Below, one piece after another: positions 30,399-39,056 of a DNA stretch of 64,000 nucleotides. The notes under the pieces were generated by a model. That model did not search any database, had not been told where the DNA came from, and saw only the letters and a program-made list of their open reading frames with translations. The translations under genes were made by a program, and so were the position numbers. The number at the start of each line of letters is the position of its first letter. Within the stretch, counting starts at the first letter, position 1. The stretch is taken from positions 144,814-208,813 of the forward strand of contig JBGTEY010000013.1 in the NCBI GenBank assembly GCA_041747555.1, read 5' to 3'. The DNA is from Patescibacteria group bacterium (GTDB lineage Bacteria; Patescibacteriota; Microgenomatia; UBA1400; PJMF01).

Positions 30399-32415
30399 AA
30401 ATCCCTCCGCTAGTACTTCTATAAGTGTCTTAATTCTCGCTGAAAAGGTAAGTGATGTGTTACTCACTTCAATTCGATCCCTTGATTGGGCAACAGAAGT
30501 GCTCGTAATCGATACCTCACCAGAGAAAAACCTACAAACCCAGCTACCCCCACTCAATAATCTCAGGATACTCCATGTAAAAGAAGCAGTGAGCCCTATC
30601 AACGATTTTGCCACAGCCCGCAATACAGCTCAAAAACTGGCGAAGCATGACTGGATACTGTGGCTCGATAGTGATGAGCTCTTGGATCCCTCAAGTGCAA
30701 GCCAAATCATGAGCCTACTTAATTCGAGTGATGCACTTGAATTGGTATCGGTTACTCGAAGGGATGTAGCTTGGGGAGAAGAATTAAAGCATGGTGAAGG
30801 GAATCAGAGAATCATTCGAATTGGCAAGAAGGATACACTCAAGTTTGAACATGCCGTGCATGAAACCGCACAGTCTGATAAACCTACGTACCACAGCTCC
30901 ATAGTGATAAAACATTTTGCCCATTCATCAATCAATTCATTTATTGCAAAAATTTCTCACTACTCACGAATTGCAGCATCGACAAAAAAAAGCACTATAC
31001 TTGAAAACACCTTAGAGCTCGCAACTTTTCCTCTGACAAAATTTCTCTATACTTTTGTGTTCAAAGCTGGTTTTTTGGATGGATGGCGAGGATTTATTTA
31101 TAGTTTTTGCATGAGCCTACATTCATTATTTGTACGGATACATCGGTATGAAATACTGCTAAGTAATCAGGGACAATCAACAATTAACCCTTTCAAAAAA
31201 TATAGTTGGCTGGCCTGGGTGTTTGTTCTTTTATTCTCACTAGGCCAGCTGCAAAGAGTGCAGCTTACACCGTTAGTTTCTATCTATGCTCATGACATTT
31301 TCATTGTGTTTTGGCTCGGATTATTTTTGACAGATGCATCCAAAAAGATTAGAGGGATGTTGAATAAAATGTGGATCCAAATCAAGAATGTTAGTGTTCA
31401 TTTCAAATTACTATTTTTTTGGATAGTTCTTGGAATGTTCGCGGCATTTGTCACAAATTTTGACGTGGTACCCTTGCTCTATTTTTCCAGAATTTTGGTG
31501 TATTCATTATTTATTTTGTCATTATTTACACTCCTTCCTAGAGAACAGCTGCAAAAAATGTGGCTGGTAACTGGAGTGGTGGCTGCCTTTACAGGGATAG
31601 TGCAATGGGCGATGCTCCCAGATACGAGGTTTCTCCAGGTTTTTGGCTGGGATCCACACTTTTATCGACTGATTGGCACCTTTTTTGACCCTGCTTTTAC
31701 CGGCATGATCTTAGCGTTGGCACTTGTTTTTTGGCAGACAAACACGCTCCTTAAAGACCAATCTCGCGTGCGACTGATAGGATCGAGCAGTATTGCTCTG
31801 GCGCTTGGTCTGACCTATTCGAGATCCACGTATTTAGCCCTTGCAATAGGTGTATTGATATTTGTTGGATTTCAAATTTTAAAACTTAAACCATCTCAAA
31901 TACATGTCTCTGCGATACTAAAAATTGCCCGTCCGTGGATTCTCTATGGATTACTTGCAGTTGCCGCGATTGTGCTGGCACCAAAACCAGGAGGTGAAGG
32001 TGTTAACCTCGCACGAACTGCAAGTGTCACCGCACGAGCGGATAATACTTCAATGGCCATTAGTTCACTCACGCCAAAGTCAATCGTTATTGGAAATGGA
32101 CTCTTTTCAATAGGTGACGACCGCATCACAAACGATCCAATTTTGATTAGTCGCAGCCGTTTTCCTGATAATTTATTTGTGATGCTTATCACCGCACTTG
32201 GCATTCCGGGCACTCTGCTTGTACTGTATTGGGGTTCGCAGTACCTCATGCACAACGCTCACAATAAGCCTGAAATATTGGCAATCGTCGCTCTGCTTCT
32301 CGTACATGCGCAGTTTCAAAATACCGTGGTGCAACCATTTGTATTTATTTATTTTAGTGGAATTCTTCTCATCTACATGCGAGAACAGCGTCCCCAAAAA
32401 AAATTGATTGGATAG
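30385..32415 (+). CDS. fusion protein: N-terminal GT2 glycosyltransferase + C-terminal O-antigen ligase/polymerase-like (Wzy_C) membrane domain
   Basis: GT2 DxD motif ILWLDSDELL in residues 1-240; then >10 TM helices with LGLTYSRSTYLALAIG O-antigen ligase motif. Confidence 0.6.
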   Translation: MHATKNPSASTSISVLILAEKVSDVLLTSIRSLDWATEVLVIDTSPEKNLQTQLPPLNNLRILHVKEAVSPINDFATARNTAQKLAKHDWILWLDSDELLDPSSASQIMSLLNSSDALELVSVTRRDVAWGEELKHGEGNQRIIRIGKKDTLKFEHAVHETAQSDKPTYHSSIVIKHFAHSSINSFIAKISHYSRIAASTKKSTILENTLELATFPLTKFLYTFVFKAGFLDGWRGFIYSFCMSLHSLFVRIHRYEILLSNQGQSTINPFKKYSWLAWVFVLLFSLGQLQRVQLTPLVSIYAHDIFIVFWLGLFLTDASKKIRGMLNKMWIQIKNVSVHFKLLFFWIVLGMFAAFVTNFDVVPLLYFSRILVYSLFILSLFTLLPREQLQKMWLVTGVVAAFTGIVQWAMLPDTRFLQVFGWDPHFYRLIGTFFDPAFTGMILALALVFWQTNTLLKDQSRVRLIGSSSIALALGLTYSRSTYLALAIGVLIFVGFQILKLKPSQIHVSAILKIARPWILYGLLAVAAIVLAPKPGGEGVNLARTASVTARADNTSMAISSLTPKSIVIGNGLFSIGDDRITNDPILISRSRFPDNLFVMLITALGIPGTLLVLYWGSQYLMHNAHNKPEILAIVALLLVHAQFQNTVVQPFVFIYFSGILLIYMREQRPQKKLIG

Positions 32416-32433
32416 GTGCGCCTGATTACCACA

Positions 32434-33153
32434 CTACAGTTGGAAGGTTACGGTGCGTTCTTCTTCATAGACATTACCGCCGCGATCTTCAACTTTGAAC
32501 ATAACCTTGTTCTCGCCCTCAGTGAGTTGTAGCGTTGTCTTGAATACACCTTCACTGTCAGGAAGCACGAGGCGACCATTTACATACACTTTTGCATTCG
32601 GTTCAGTCTGACCGTTAAGTACACGGTTTTGATTTGCTCTAGAAACAAATTCTTGTCCATTTTCAAAATCTTCCAGAGTAAGTGTGGGTATTTCAGTATC
32701 TAAAACAGTGGTAAAGGAGCGACTCGTCGCTGATTCATTTTCTGCTTCATCAACGCTATATGCAGACAGAACATTTTCTCCTTCCGTGAGCTGAACATCT
32801 GTAGTAAACGATCCGTCATCACCGACGGAAATAGGCTCGCTCCGCTCGCCATTCACAATTATATATACCTCACTCCCTGCCTCACCAAATCCACTGAGTG
32901 TAAGTGTTTGCTCATTCGTGCCCGCAATGGGCGCAGATACAATTGGGACTTGAGGAGGAATATCGTCTGTTTCAAAAAACGGATTTGAAGTATCTAGGAC
33001 AGAATTAATGATCCGAATGAATCCAGGAATCACCACAAAAATAAAGCCAAGCACAACTAAAATGGTCACAAAAAAAATAATTGCTGTTTGCTTTAAAACT
33101 TTTTTTCGTTCTTTGCGAACGATTCGAGATGAGGCTTTATTTCGATTCGGCAT
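32434..33153 (-). CDS. membrane-anchored protein with two Ig-like repeats
   Basis: N-terminal TM; repeated motif LTEGENVLSAYSVDEAENES / LTEGENKVMFKVEDRGGN typical of bacterial Ig-like domains. Confidence 0.5.
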   Translation of the reverse strand: MPNRNKASSRIVRKERKKVLKQTAIIFFVTILVVLGFIFVVIPGFIRIINSVLDTSNPFFETDDIPPQVPIVSAPIAGTNEQTLTLSGFGEAGSEVYIIVNGERSEPISVGDDGSFTTDVQLTEGENVLSAYSVDEAENESATSRSFTTVLDTEIPTLTLEDFENGQEFVSRANQNRVLNGQTEPNAKVYVNGRLVLPDSEGVFKTTLQLTEGENKVMFKVEDRGGNVYEEERTVTFQL

Positions 33154-33191
33154 ATGTGATTAGTATACCACCAGATATATTAGACCTGATG

Positions 33192-33264
33192 AGCCGGAAC
33201 GGGGATTCGAACCCCGGACCTACGGTTTACGATACCGCCGCTCTACCAACTGAGCTATTCCGGC
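33192..33264 (-). tRNA. tRNA-Thr (anticodon CGT)
   Basis: Cloverleaf GCCGGAA / GCTC-AGTTGGTA-GAGC / GCGGT-ATCGTAA-ACCGT / CGGGG-TTCGAAT-CCCCG / TTCCGGC; TGa-extended TAGAAT -10 nine nt upstream. Confidence 0.85.
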
Positions 33265-33334
33265 TAGAAAGGCTATTCTATCAAATAATTCTTAGATGAG
33301 TGTTCTAATATTGGCGAATACAGGCTTCAAGAGG

Positions 33335-33340
33335 TATACT
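33335..33340 (+). promoter_or_regulatory. TATACT -10 element 7 nt upstream of GTG start (33348); leaderless
   Basis: gaggTATACTctttggcGTG. Confidence 0.35.
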
Positions 33341-33347
33341 CTTTGGC

Positions 33348-34121
33348 GTGTCAAATAATGGATCAAAAGAGGTCAGCCAAGTTATAATTGATGTTCGCGC
33401 ACGTGTTGAAGATCCGCGCGATCTCTACGATTCCGAAAAATTTCCCACCATTGGCCCAGATGAATTGCCGCCTGAACTTACCAGTAGTCTGGCACGGCAT
33501 CCAGAACTCCTCCCCCTACTGCAAGGTGTTGCCCACTATGATTCCAGTATCGTACTCCACTGCTTGACCGTTGACACTATGGTGCAAAGGCTATTAAAAG
33601 ATCTATTTTTACGATATCCATTGACTGCAGAAGCGCAGTTGAAAGTTCTGCAAGCCGCTGGATGGGTGATAATACATGATCCTGGAAAAATTTTTGTGCA
33701 CGAAAATCCAGCTGAGGGTCGAAAAATTTATTATCCTACGAGCCAGACGGATCGATCAATTACCAAAATGGGACTGCACTGGTCACATAGCGTCATGAGC
33801 GCTGCGTTATTTGCCAATTGGGCAAAAATGCATCCAGTTTTGGCCTCCATGCCTGTCAAAATTTGGACAAAACACATTGCGGCTCACCACTTTAATTTGC
33901 GCCGCTTTCTAAAAAATCCTGAACAGTATGCAGAATTACAGTCGGGTTTTCATGCAATAATCCAATACTTTTTCAAGCTTTCGGACGTCACCGCAGCAAC
34001 CGGATTCCCGCGTGAAAATAATGGCGAGCACACACCAGAAAAAATTAAGGAAATTTTGCTTTCACAGTGGCTCACCGATCCTTTACTAAAGCAACATTTT
34101 CCTTTTGCAGATACAGTATAA
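33348..34121 (+). CDS. HD-domain-like hypothetical protein, terminated by in-frame TAA (see next feature)
   Basis: GTG start; H...HD-like motifs (LHCLTVD, VIIHDPGK); stop TAA 34119-34121. Confidence 0.45.
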   Translation: MSNNGSKEVSQVIIDVRARVEDPRDLYDSEKFPTIGPDELPPELTSSLARHPELLPLLQGVAHYDSSIVLHCLTVDTMVQRLLKDLFLRYPLTAEAQLKVLQAAGWVIIHDPGKIFVHENPAEGRKIYYPTSQTDRSITKMGLHWSHSVMSAALFANWAKMHPVLASMPVKIWTKHIAAHHFNLRRFLKNPEQYAELQSGFHAIIQYFFKLSDVTAATGFPRENNGEHTPEKIKEILLSQWLTDPLLKQHFPFADTV

Positions 34122-34374
34122 CTTCAAGAACTGAAACATTACTTACTTACTGCACTTTTTGACACCTATAATTCCATTAGACACGCTCTCCCTGATTCAG
34201 CTTGGCTTGGGAAACACCGCGTCATCCTCAACACAAAACTTGATCTCGATCAAACGGTTGAAGAGTTTCATCGCCTGTATCGGATTACCACAGATCAAAA
34301 TCAGCAGGATTGGTGGAATCTACTAGAAAGAATGGTCCGCGATGGAGTATTTGATCGATTGACGAAAAAATAAT
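34122..34374 (+). other. 84-codon in-frame open continuation of the preceding gene beyond TAA, no start codon: interrupted gene (pseudogene or read-through)
   Basis: Same frame as 33348-34121; 84 sense codons with protein-like composition, no in-frame ATG/GTG/TTG until codon 73. Confidence 0.4.
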
Positions 34375-34405
34375 TTTTCCGAAGTTACTTTGAGCATGCT
34401 ATACT

Positions 34406-35212
34406 TTGAAGATGAATTTCTCACCATTTATTCAAAACGCATTATCAGAGGCAGCAGAAATTGCTCGCCAGAACTTTGGGTCAGTTTCTCAAATTTCTAC
34501 AAAAGACCATGACAATAACCAGGTCCTAACAGAAACTGACATTGCAGTCGGCGCTCACTTGGTTGAAAAAATTCAGAACGCATACCCAACCCACAACATC
34601 ATTGATGAAGAAGCGGGCGTCATCGATAATCAAGGTGAATACACCTGGGTAGTCGATCCCATAGATGGCACCAGTAATTTTGCGAACGCCTTACCTACAT
34701 ACGGAATTATGATTGGGTTACTTCACGGCGCTACTGCAATTGCAGGCGGTGTCGTTTTACCAGAGTTTGAACAGCTCTATTTGGGAGAAAAAGGCCAGGG
34801 AGCAACGTGTAACGGCCAAAAAATTCGAGTCAGTGCAGAAACTTCACTCCTCAAATCACTAGTTGCCTACGGAATTGACGGCCACCAAGAAGATCCTCAA
34901 AAAACTCATGATGAAGTTGGTGTCCTCGCACGCATTATTTTAAACATTAGAAATCTACGCACCACTAATAGCGCATTTGACATGGTCCAGGTACCTGCTG
35001 GCAAGTACGGTGCATTTCTCAACCAAACCACCAAAATTTGGGATAACGTGGCTATTCAACCAATTGTCGAAGAGGCTGGGGGAGTGGTAACTGATTTTTG
35101 GGGAAAACCACTTGATTACGAAAATGCATTAGCAAGAACAGAAGAAAATTTCACCATTTGCGCAGGCGCTCCTGCGCTCCACGCAAAATTACAAGAAATT
35201 ATTCAGCAATAG
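34406..35212 (+). CDS. inositol monophosphatase family protein (SuhB/ImpA-like)
   Basis: WVVDPIDGTSNFANALP metal-binding motif; TGc-extended TATACT at 34400-34405 suggests leaderless start at ATG 34412. Confidence 0.8.
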   Translation: MKMNFSPFIQNALSEAAEIARQNFGSVSQISTKDHDNNQVLTETDIAVGAHLVEKIQNAYPTHNIIDEEAGVIDNQGEYTWVVDPIDGTSNFANALPTYGIMIGLLHGATAIAGGVVLPEFEQLYLGEKGQGATCNGQKIRVSAETSLLKSLVAYGIDGHQEDPQKTHDEVGVLARIILNIRNLRTTNSAFDMVQVPAGKYGAFLNQTTKIWDNVAIQPIVEEAGGVVTDFWGKPLDYENALARTEENFTICAGAPALHAKLQEIIQQ

Positions 35213-35225
35213 CTCTCTATTAATT

Positions 35226-35513
35226 TTATAAATCTGAAAAATCTTCTTCAAGAATGATGGTGCTATCAAGTTCGCTTTCTAATGCCTCCAAAGATGTGTC
35301 AGTATCAATTGCTTGATTTTCTTCAAACGCTTCTTGATCAACTTCACCATCTTCGTCCATAACTTCGGCTGGAGGACTTTCTTGAATCAAGTTTTCTGCG
35401 GGGAGGGGGACCGATTCACTCGTTTGCGCCATATAATTTGTATAAAAATACATGCCGGCAAAGATAAGTATTCCTGCCATGATTGCTGGCAAGAGAAGTG
35501 ATTTTAGAGACAT
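35226..35513 (-). CDS. small membrane protein with highly acidic C-terminal tail
   Basis: One TM helix then D/E-rich tail; 22 nt downstream of secreted coiled-coil gene on same strand. Confidence 0.4.
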   Translation of the reverse strand: MSLKSLLLPAIMAGILIFAGMYFYTNYMAQTSESVPLPAENLIQESPPAEVMDEDGEVDQEAFEENQAIDTDTSLEALESELDSTIILEEDFSDL

Positions 35514-35535
35514 AGTAACTCCTTTTGTGAATGTA

Positions 35536-36159
35536 TTACTCTGCTGCTGACTGATTGGTAGCCTTTGCTAATCTGAGTGCTTCTTTAATTAAGCTGACCG
35601 CTTCTCGATAGAGCTCACGCGCTTCTTGTGCAAGTTCTTTGGCAGCTTGAGCTTGCTCTCTTGCAGTTTCAGTCTCTAAATCTATTTCTAAAAATGCAGC
35701 GATTGCTTGGTCGGTCAATATTTTTGCTTCTTCTAGGCTTGCTATTGCTTCTCCCAGTTTGCTTTGAGCGGCTGCAACATCAGCGCCATCTTGAGCCATT
35801 GTTGCAAGTCTTGATTCGAGCTTTTGAATTAATCCAGAAAGTCGCTCATAGTAAAAACCAAATCGGCGCTGCAAACGTTCGGCATGGACTTGGGCAAGAT
35901 CCCCTCGACGCTCTGCGGTTTTTGCTTCGCGCGCTTCTTGGGATTTTTGCGTGCGGTCTTGGGTGGTGTCAGCGCGCTCTTGGACTTTGTCTTGTGCCTC
36001 AAGGCGTCGCTTTTCAACTGCTTCTTGGCGGACTTGCTGTGATTCGGCTCGGGCGGGGTTTTGTCGTGCAGCATTTTCATTGGCAAACGCTTGTTGAGAA
36101 AGCAGCAGTAGTGCTACAACACACAGCATGACTGAGGAAATTTTGACTGATTGTTTCAT
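35536..36159 (-). CDS. secreted A/E/Q/R-rich coiled-coil protein
   Basis: Signal peptide MKQSVKISSVMLCVVALLLLSQQAFA; remainder predicted all-helical charged repeats. Confidence 0.5.
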   Translation of the reverse strand: MKQSVKISSVMLCVVALLLLSQQAFANENAARQNPARAESQQVRQEAVEKRRLEAQDKVQERADTTQDRTQKSQEAREAKTAERRGDLAQVHAERLQRRFGFYYERLSGLIQKLESRLATMAQDGADVAAAQSKLGEAIASLEEAKILTDQAIAAFLEIDLETETAREQAQAAKELAQEARELYREAVSLIKEALRLAKATNQSAAE

Positions 36160-36428
36160 AGCATCACTTTCGTATAAGTTGAAATACCAGCTATATTTTT
36201 AGTATACACTACTGTGGAATATTGTAGCGACATTTGACGTGGTAAATCTGATAACAGCTATAAGTACGATAATTATGATTGCTGGAGTAGAGATAATTGT
36301 AGTATTTGGAAAAGAAACGCTCTCAGCAGCTGAGCAATTCAACATGGTGCGAGATAGGTATGTCTAAAAATAGACTTAATAAACTGTTGCTTAGTGTGAC
36401 CAAAATGTTCAGATCAAAGTAAAAAAAA

Positions 36429-37178
36429 TTAAATTTCTATCTCCAAAAGAATTGGTAAGTGATCTGAGACATCAGTGGCAATTATTTTAGAATCAATAAC
36501 ATTGAGATCCTGGGTGGTAAAAACATAGTCTAATCGCCACCGTAGCGCATCCTCCTTGAACCCATGATAATCGAAAGGTTTAGTAGTCCAGGTGTTTTCA
36601 CCAAAATCTGGTCCTGGGTTCTTTACATCCTGGATTTTTAGGATTTCAGTAATCGTATACGAATCGGGAGTCGAGTTTAAGTCTGCAGTAAAAACATACT
36701 TTTGTTTTTTCTTAGTAAGAATTTCTAATAAATTATTTATTTCTTTTTTACGATGATCAGTTATTTGAAACTTGTGAGAATATGAAAGGTGCGTGGTACC
36801 AATTTGTAACTCGGTATCATGTACTGCAATGTTTACCTCAAGATAAACTCTACCTTCATGTTCAGCGTCGGGCGGATTACTATTGAGCGGTTGAAGGAAG
36901 TGATATGATGAGCTCAGTATGGGATGCTTTGAGAATATCGCATTTCCTTGTGCTTCTTTTACATCACGACCAGTCCATGTGTTTGCCGTCTGATACACGT
37001 ATTCGTAGTTTAGTTTTTCTGCAATTTCTTTTGCGGTATCAATCTGAGGCGTCTTACTCAAATGCTGAATTAATTCTTGCGCACAAACTATATCTGGATC
37101 AATTCTTTTGATTTCTGCCACAATTTTGTCTACGTCTTCTTTGTAGAAGACATTCCATTGGAGAATTTTTAGATTCAT
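36429..37178 (-). CDS. endonuclease/exonuclease/phosphatase (EEP) family protein
   Basis: LKILQWNVF...DIVCAQEL N-terminus and C-terminal DVSDHLPILLEI catalytic His motif. Confidence 0.75.
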   Translation of the reverse strand: MNLKILQWNVFYKEDVDKIVAEIKRIDPDIVCAQELIQHLSKTPQIDTAKEIAEKLNYEYVYQTANTWTGRDVKEAQGNAIFSKHPILSSSYHFLQPLNSNPPDAEHEGRVYLEVNIAVHDTELQIGTTHLSYSHKFQITDHRKKEINNLLEILTKKKQKYVFTADLNSTPDSYTITEILKIQDVKNPGPDFGENTWTTKPFDYHGFKEDALRWRLDYVFTTQDLNVIDSKIIATDVSDHLPILLEIEI

Positions 37179-37245
37179 AACAGCAGTATACCAGTGGCCA
37201 TGGGATTTTGACTAACTAGCAACAATTATGAAGTTTTTTCAAATC

Positions 37246-37319
37246 TGGAGCGGGTGAGGGGAATCGAACCCCCGCTGCATGCTTGGGAAGCACGCGTTCT
37301 GCCACTGAACTACACCCGC
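37246..37319 (-). tRNA. tRNA-Gly (anticodon CCC), CCA encoded
   Basis: GCGGGTG / GTTC-AGTGGC-AGAAC / CGTGC-TTCCCAA-GCATG / T-arm GGGGG-TTCGATT-CCCC / CACCCGC-T-CCA. Confidence 0.85.
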
Positions 37320-37329
37320 GCTGGGTGTA

Positions 37330-37335
37330 ATTATA
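37330..37335 (-). promoter_or_regulatory. extended -10 (TGcTATAAT) 9 nt upstream of tRNA-Gly 5' end
   Basis: minus strand: cagTGcTATAATtacacccag|GCGGGTG. Confidence 0.45.
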
Positions 37336-37452
37336 GCACTGACGATTGCTTATACATTTTTTGATAATTTGCAAAAGACACAGTACCAACCATGGTAATG
37401 GCAACATCTGTTTTATCCTACAAGATAGTTTTTTTATGAATAAAAACGAAAA

Positions 37453-37477
37453 GAGTCGCGGTTTTTGGCCGCGACTC
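37453..37477. terminator. 9-bp GC hairpin GAGTCGCGG-N7-CCGCGACTC; intrinsic terminator for minus-strand lipoprotein gene (T-rich tail on minus), possibly bidirectional
   Basis: Perfect inverted repeat; minus strand followed by CTTTTCGTTTTTATT. Confidence 0.5.
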
Positions 37478-37488
37478 GATTCTTGTTC

Positions 37489-37905
37489 TTAATCTATTGA
37501 CACATGAACTGCAAATTCAATTTGGACGGGTGTACTACCCGCCGATACGTTTTTAAAAGTCAGCCAGGGCTCATCGCCCGTGGACTGAATCATGTAAACA
37601 CCTGGAATAATTATGTCCAAACTTAAATCGACAACTTTTCCTTGCTCTGTTTCCAGAGCAACATTATTCCATTCCTTGGCGACTAAGTCGCCATTTATAA
37701 ATAATATTCTGCCAGATTCTCCATCTTTCAGTTTAACTTGATGCGTATCTCCATTTTCTATTAAAGTACGCTCAAGCCTTATGGTGCAGCTCCCTTCTCC
37801 AGCCCATTCCGGGCAGGGTTGGGGAACGTCGCTTGCTGCATGTTGCTGGGTACAACCAGCAATAAACAGCATCAAAAATAGAATTGCATTTCTTATTTGT
37901 CTCAT
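37489..37905 (-). CDS. lipoprotein of unknown function
   Basis: Lipobox LFIAGC after signal peptide. Confidence 0.5.
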   Translation of the reverse strand: MRQIRNAILFLMLFIAGCTQQHAASDVPQPCPEWAGEGSCTIRLERTLIENGDTHQVKLKDGESGRILFINGDLVAKEWNNVALETEQGKVVDLSLDIIIPGVYMIQSTGDEPWLTFKNVSAGSTPVQIEFAVHVSID

Positions 37906-38146
37906 TTTTTACCTCGTTTGTTTTGGCCTTCACCCTATGTGAATGGCATTTTTCTAGGTACATTCTAAAAGTTTTGAATATTGCCCAAAAAACTGCCATT
38001 CACTCGAGGAAGTACGAGATGAAATAGTGCCACAAGATTTTTAAAGAACAAGTTTTTGTCTTGATATGTCAATCTATTATGACGCCTAGTCACTTGATTA
38101 ATATATCATTACATATATCAGTATATCAAATCTAAATAGCTATGTC

Positions 38147-38160
38147 TATAGGATCCTATA
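38147..38160. promoter_or_regulatory. perfect 14-bp palindrome TATAGGATCCTATA in divergent promoter region
   Basis: Located ~25 nt upstream of TGa-extended TATACT (38185-38190) of phosphatase gene; flanked by ATATATCA direct repeats. Confidence 0.3.
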
Positions 38161-38195
38161 AAATGTACTTTTAACCTAAAATGATATACTGCGCC

Positions 38196-38828
38196 ATGCC
38201 AAAAATCACATCCCCAAGTTGCAGATTCTACGTCACCCGCCATGGCCAAACCGTCTGGAACACCCAAAAAAAGATGCAAGGACACAAGGATTCGCCGTTA
38301 ACTGAGCTTGGAATTCAACAAGCTCAGGAGCTGTCAGGAAAGCTTCAAACGGTCCCGTTTTCACACGCATACAGCTCAGATCTTGAGCGAGCAAATCACA
38401 CTGCCAAAATAATTATTGAGCCACACGGTTTACCCGTTCAAGTTAATCCGCTCTTGAGAGAGTCAAATCTTGGGCCGTACGAGGGGATCGCACTTAAAAA
38501 ATTTCAGACTGATTTAGAAGAAGCTATTTTAAAGCGCAATAACCTGGATCATAAAAGACAAATGAGTTTTAAAATTCATCCTGAGATAGAAAGTTTCCAG
38601 GATCAGTCCACGAGGATGATCCGATTTTTTACTGAAACTGCACCACTTCATACTGGTGCTGATGTTTTGGTCGTCTCCCACTCTGGGATTATGCGGTCGA
38701 CGCTGATAGCTTTGGGGTTTGCAACACACAATGAGTTGCCCTTTGGCGCGATCAAGAATGCGAGTTATGTGGTGATTGAGTCGGATGGAAATGGACACCG
38801 AGTGGTACGGAGTGAGGGGATTGGATAG
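38196..38828 (+). CDS. histidine phosphatase superfamily (phosphoglycerate mutase-like) protein
   Basis: RFYVTRHGQTVWN catalytic RHG motif; ORF-track ATG 38181 lies inside the extended -10, so ATG 38196 (5 nt after TATACT) preferred. Confidence 0.7.
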   Translation: MPKITSPSCRFYVTRHGQTVWNTQKKMQGHKDSPLTELGIQQAQELSGKLQTVPFSHAYSSDLERANHTAKIIIEPHGLPVQVNPLLRESNLGPYEGIALKKFQTDLEEAILKRNNLDHKRQMSFKIHPEIESFQDQSTRMIRFFTETAPLHTGADVLVVSHSGIMRSTLIALGFATHNELPFGAIKNASYVVIESDGNGHRVVRSEGIG

Positions 38829-38838
38829 AAATTTCGTG

Positions 38839-38911
38839 CGACCTCGACCGGAATCGAACCGGCGATCTCCTCCGTGACAGGGAGGCATGTTAACCGCTAC
38901 ACCACGAGGCC
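38839..38911 (-). tRNA. tRNA-Asp (anticodon GTC)
   Basis: GGCCTCG / GTGT-AGCGGTTA-ACAT / CCTCC-CTGTCAC-GGAGG / GCCGG-TTCGATT-CCGGT / CGAGGTC; TTGGCA-18-TATAAT promoter ~45 nt upstream. Confidence 0.85.
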
Positions 38912-38919
38912 ATTTTTGC

Positions 38920-38935
38920 ATTGTTGATCAACAAT
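38920..38935. promoter_or_regulatory. perfect 16-bp palindrome ATTGTTGATCAACAAT in the leader between tRNA-Asp promoter and mature 5' end
   Basis: Exact reverse-complement symmetry. Confidence 0.3.
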
Positions 38936-39056
38936 TGCGAGGGTTCATTATACTGCACCTGTTGTAACTTTGCCAACAGGAGTTGAATAGGCTCTCGATG
39001 TTAGGAATTTGCAAGGTAAATAGTGTACAATAGATAGTGTTAACAGAAAGGAAATC

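Noticed and set aside
35628-36131. 167-aa plus-strand ORF antisense to the secreted coiled-coil gene
   Set aside because: Low-complexity L/Q/A/R-rich mirror of the GC-skewed repeat-like sense gene. No start context. The sense ORF has a signal peptide and coherent helical periodicity.
36308-36340. Possible minus-strand terminator after the cytoplasmic EEP gene (CTCAGCAGCTGAG dyad followed by GTTTCTTTTCC)
   Set aside because: The stem is only 4-6 bp and the loop is constrained. Too weak to annotate confidently.
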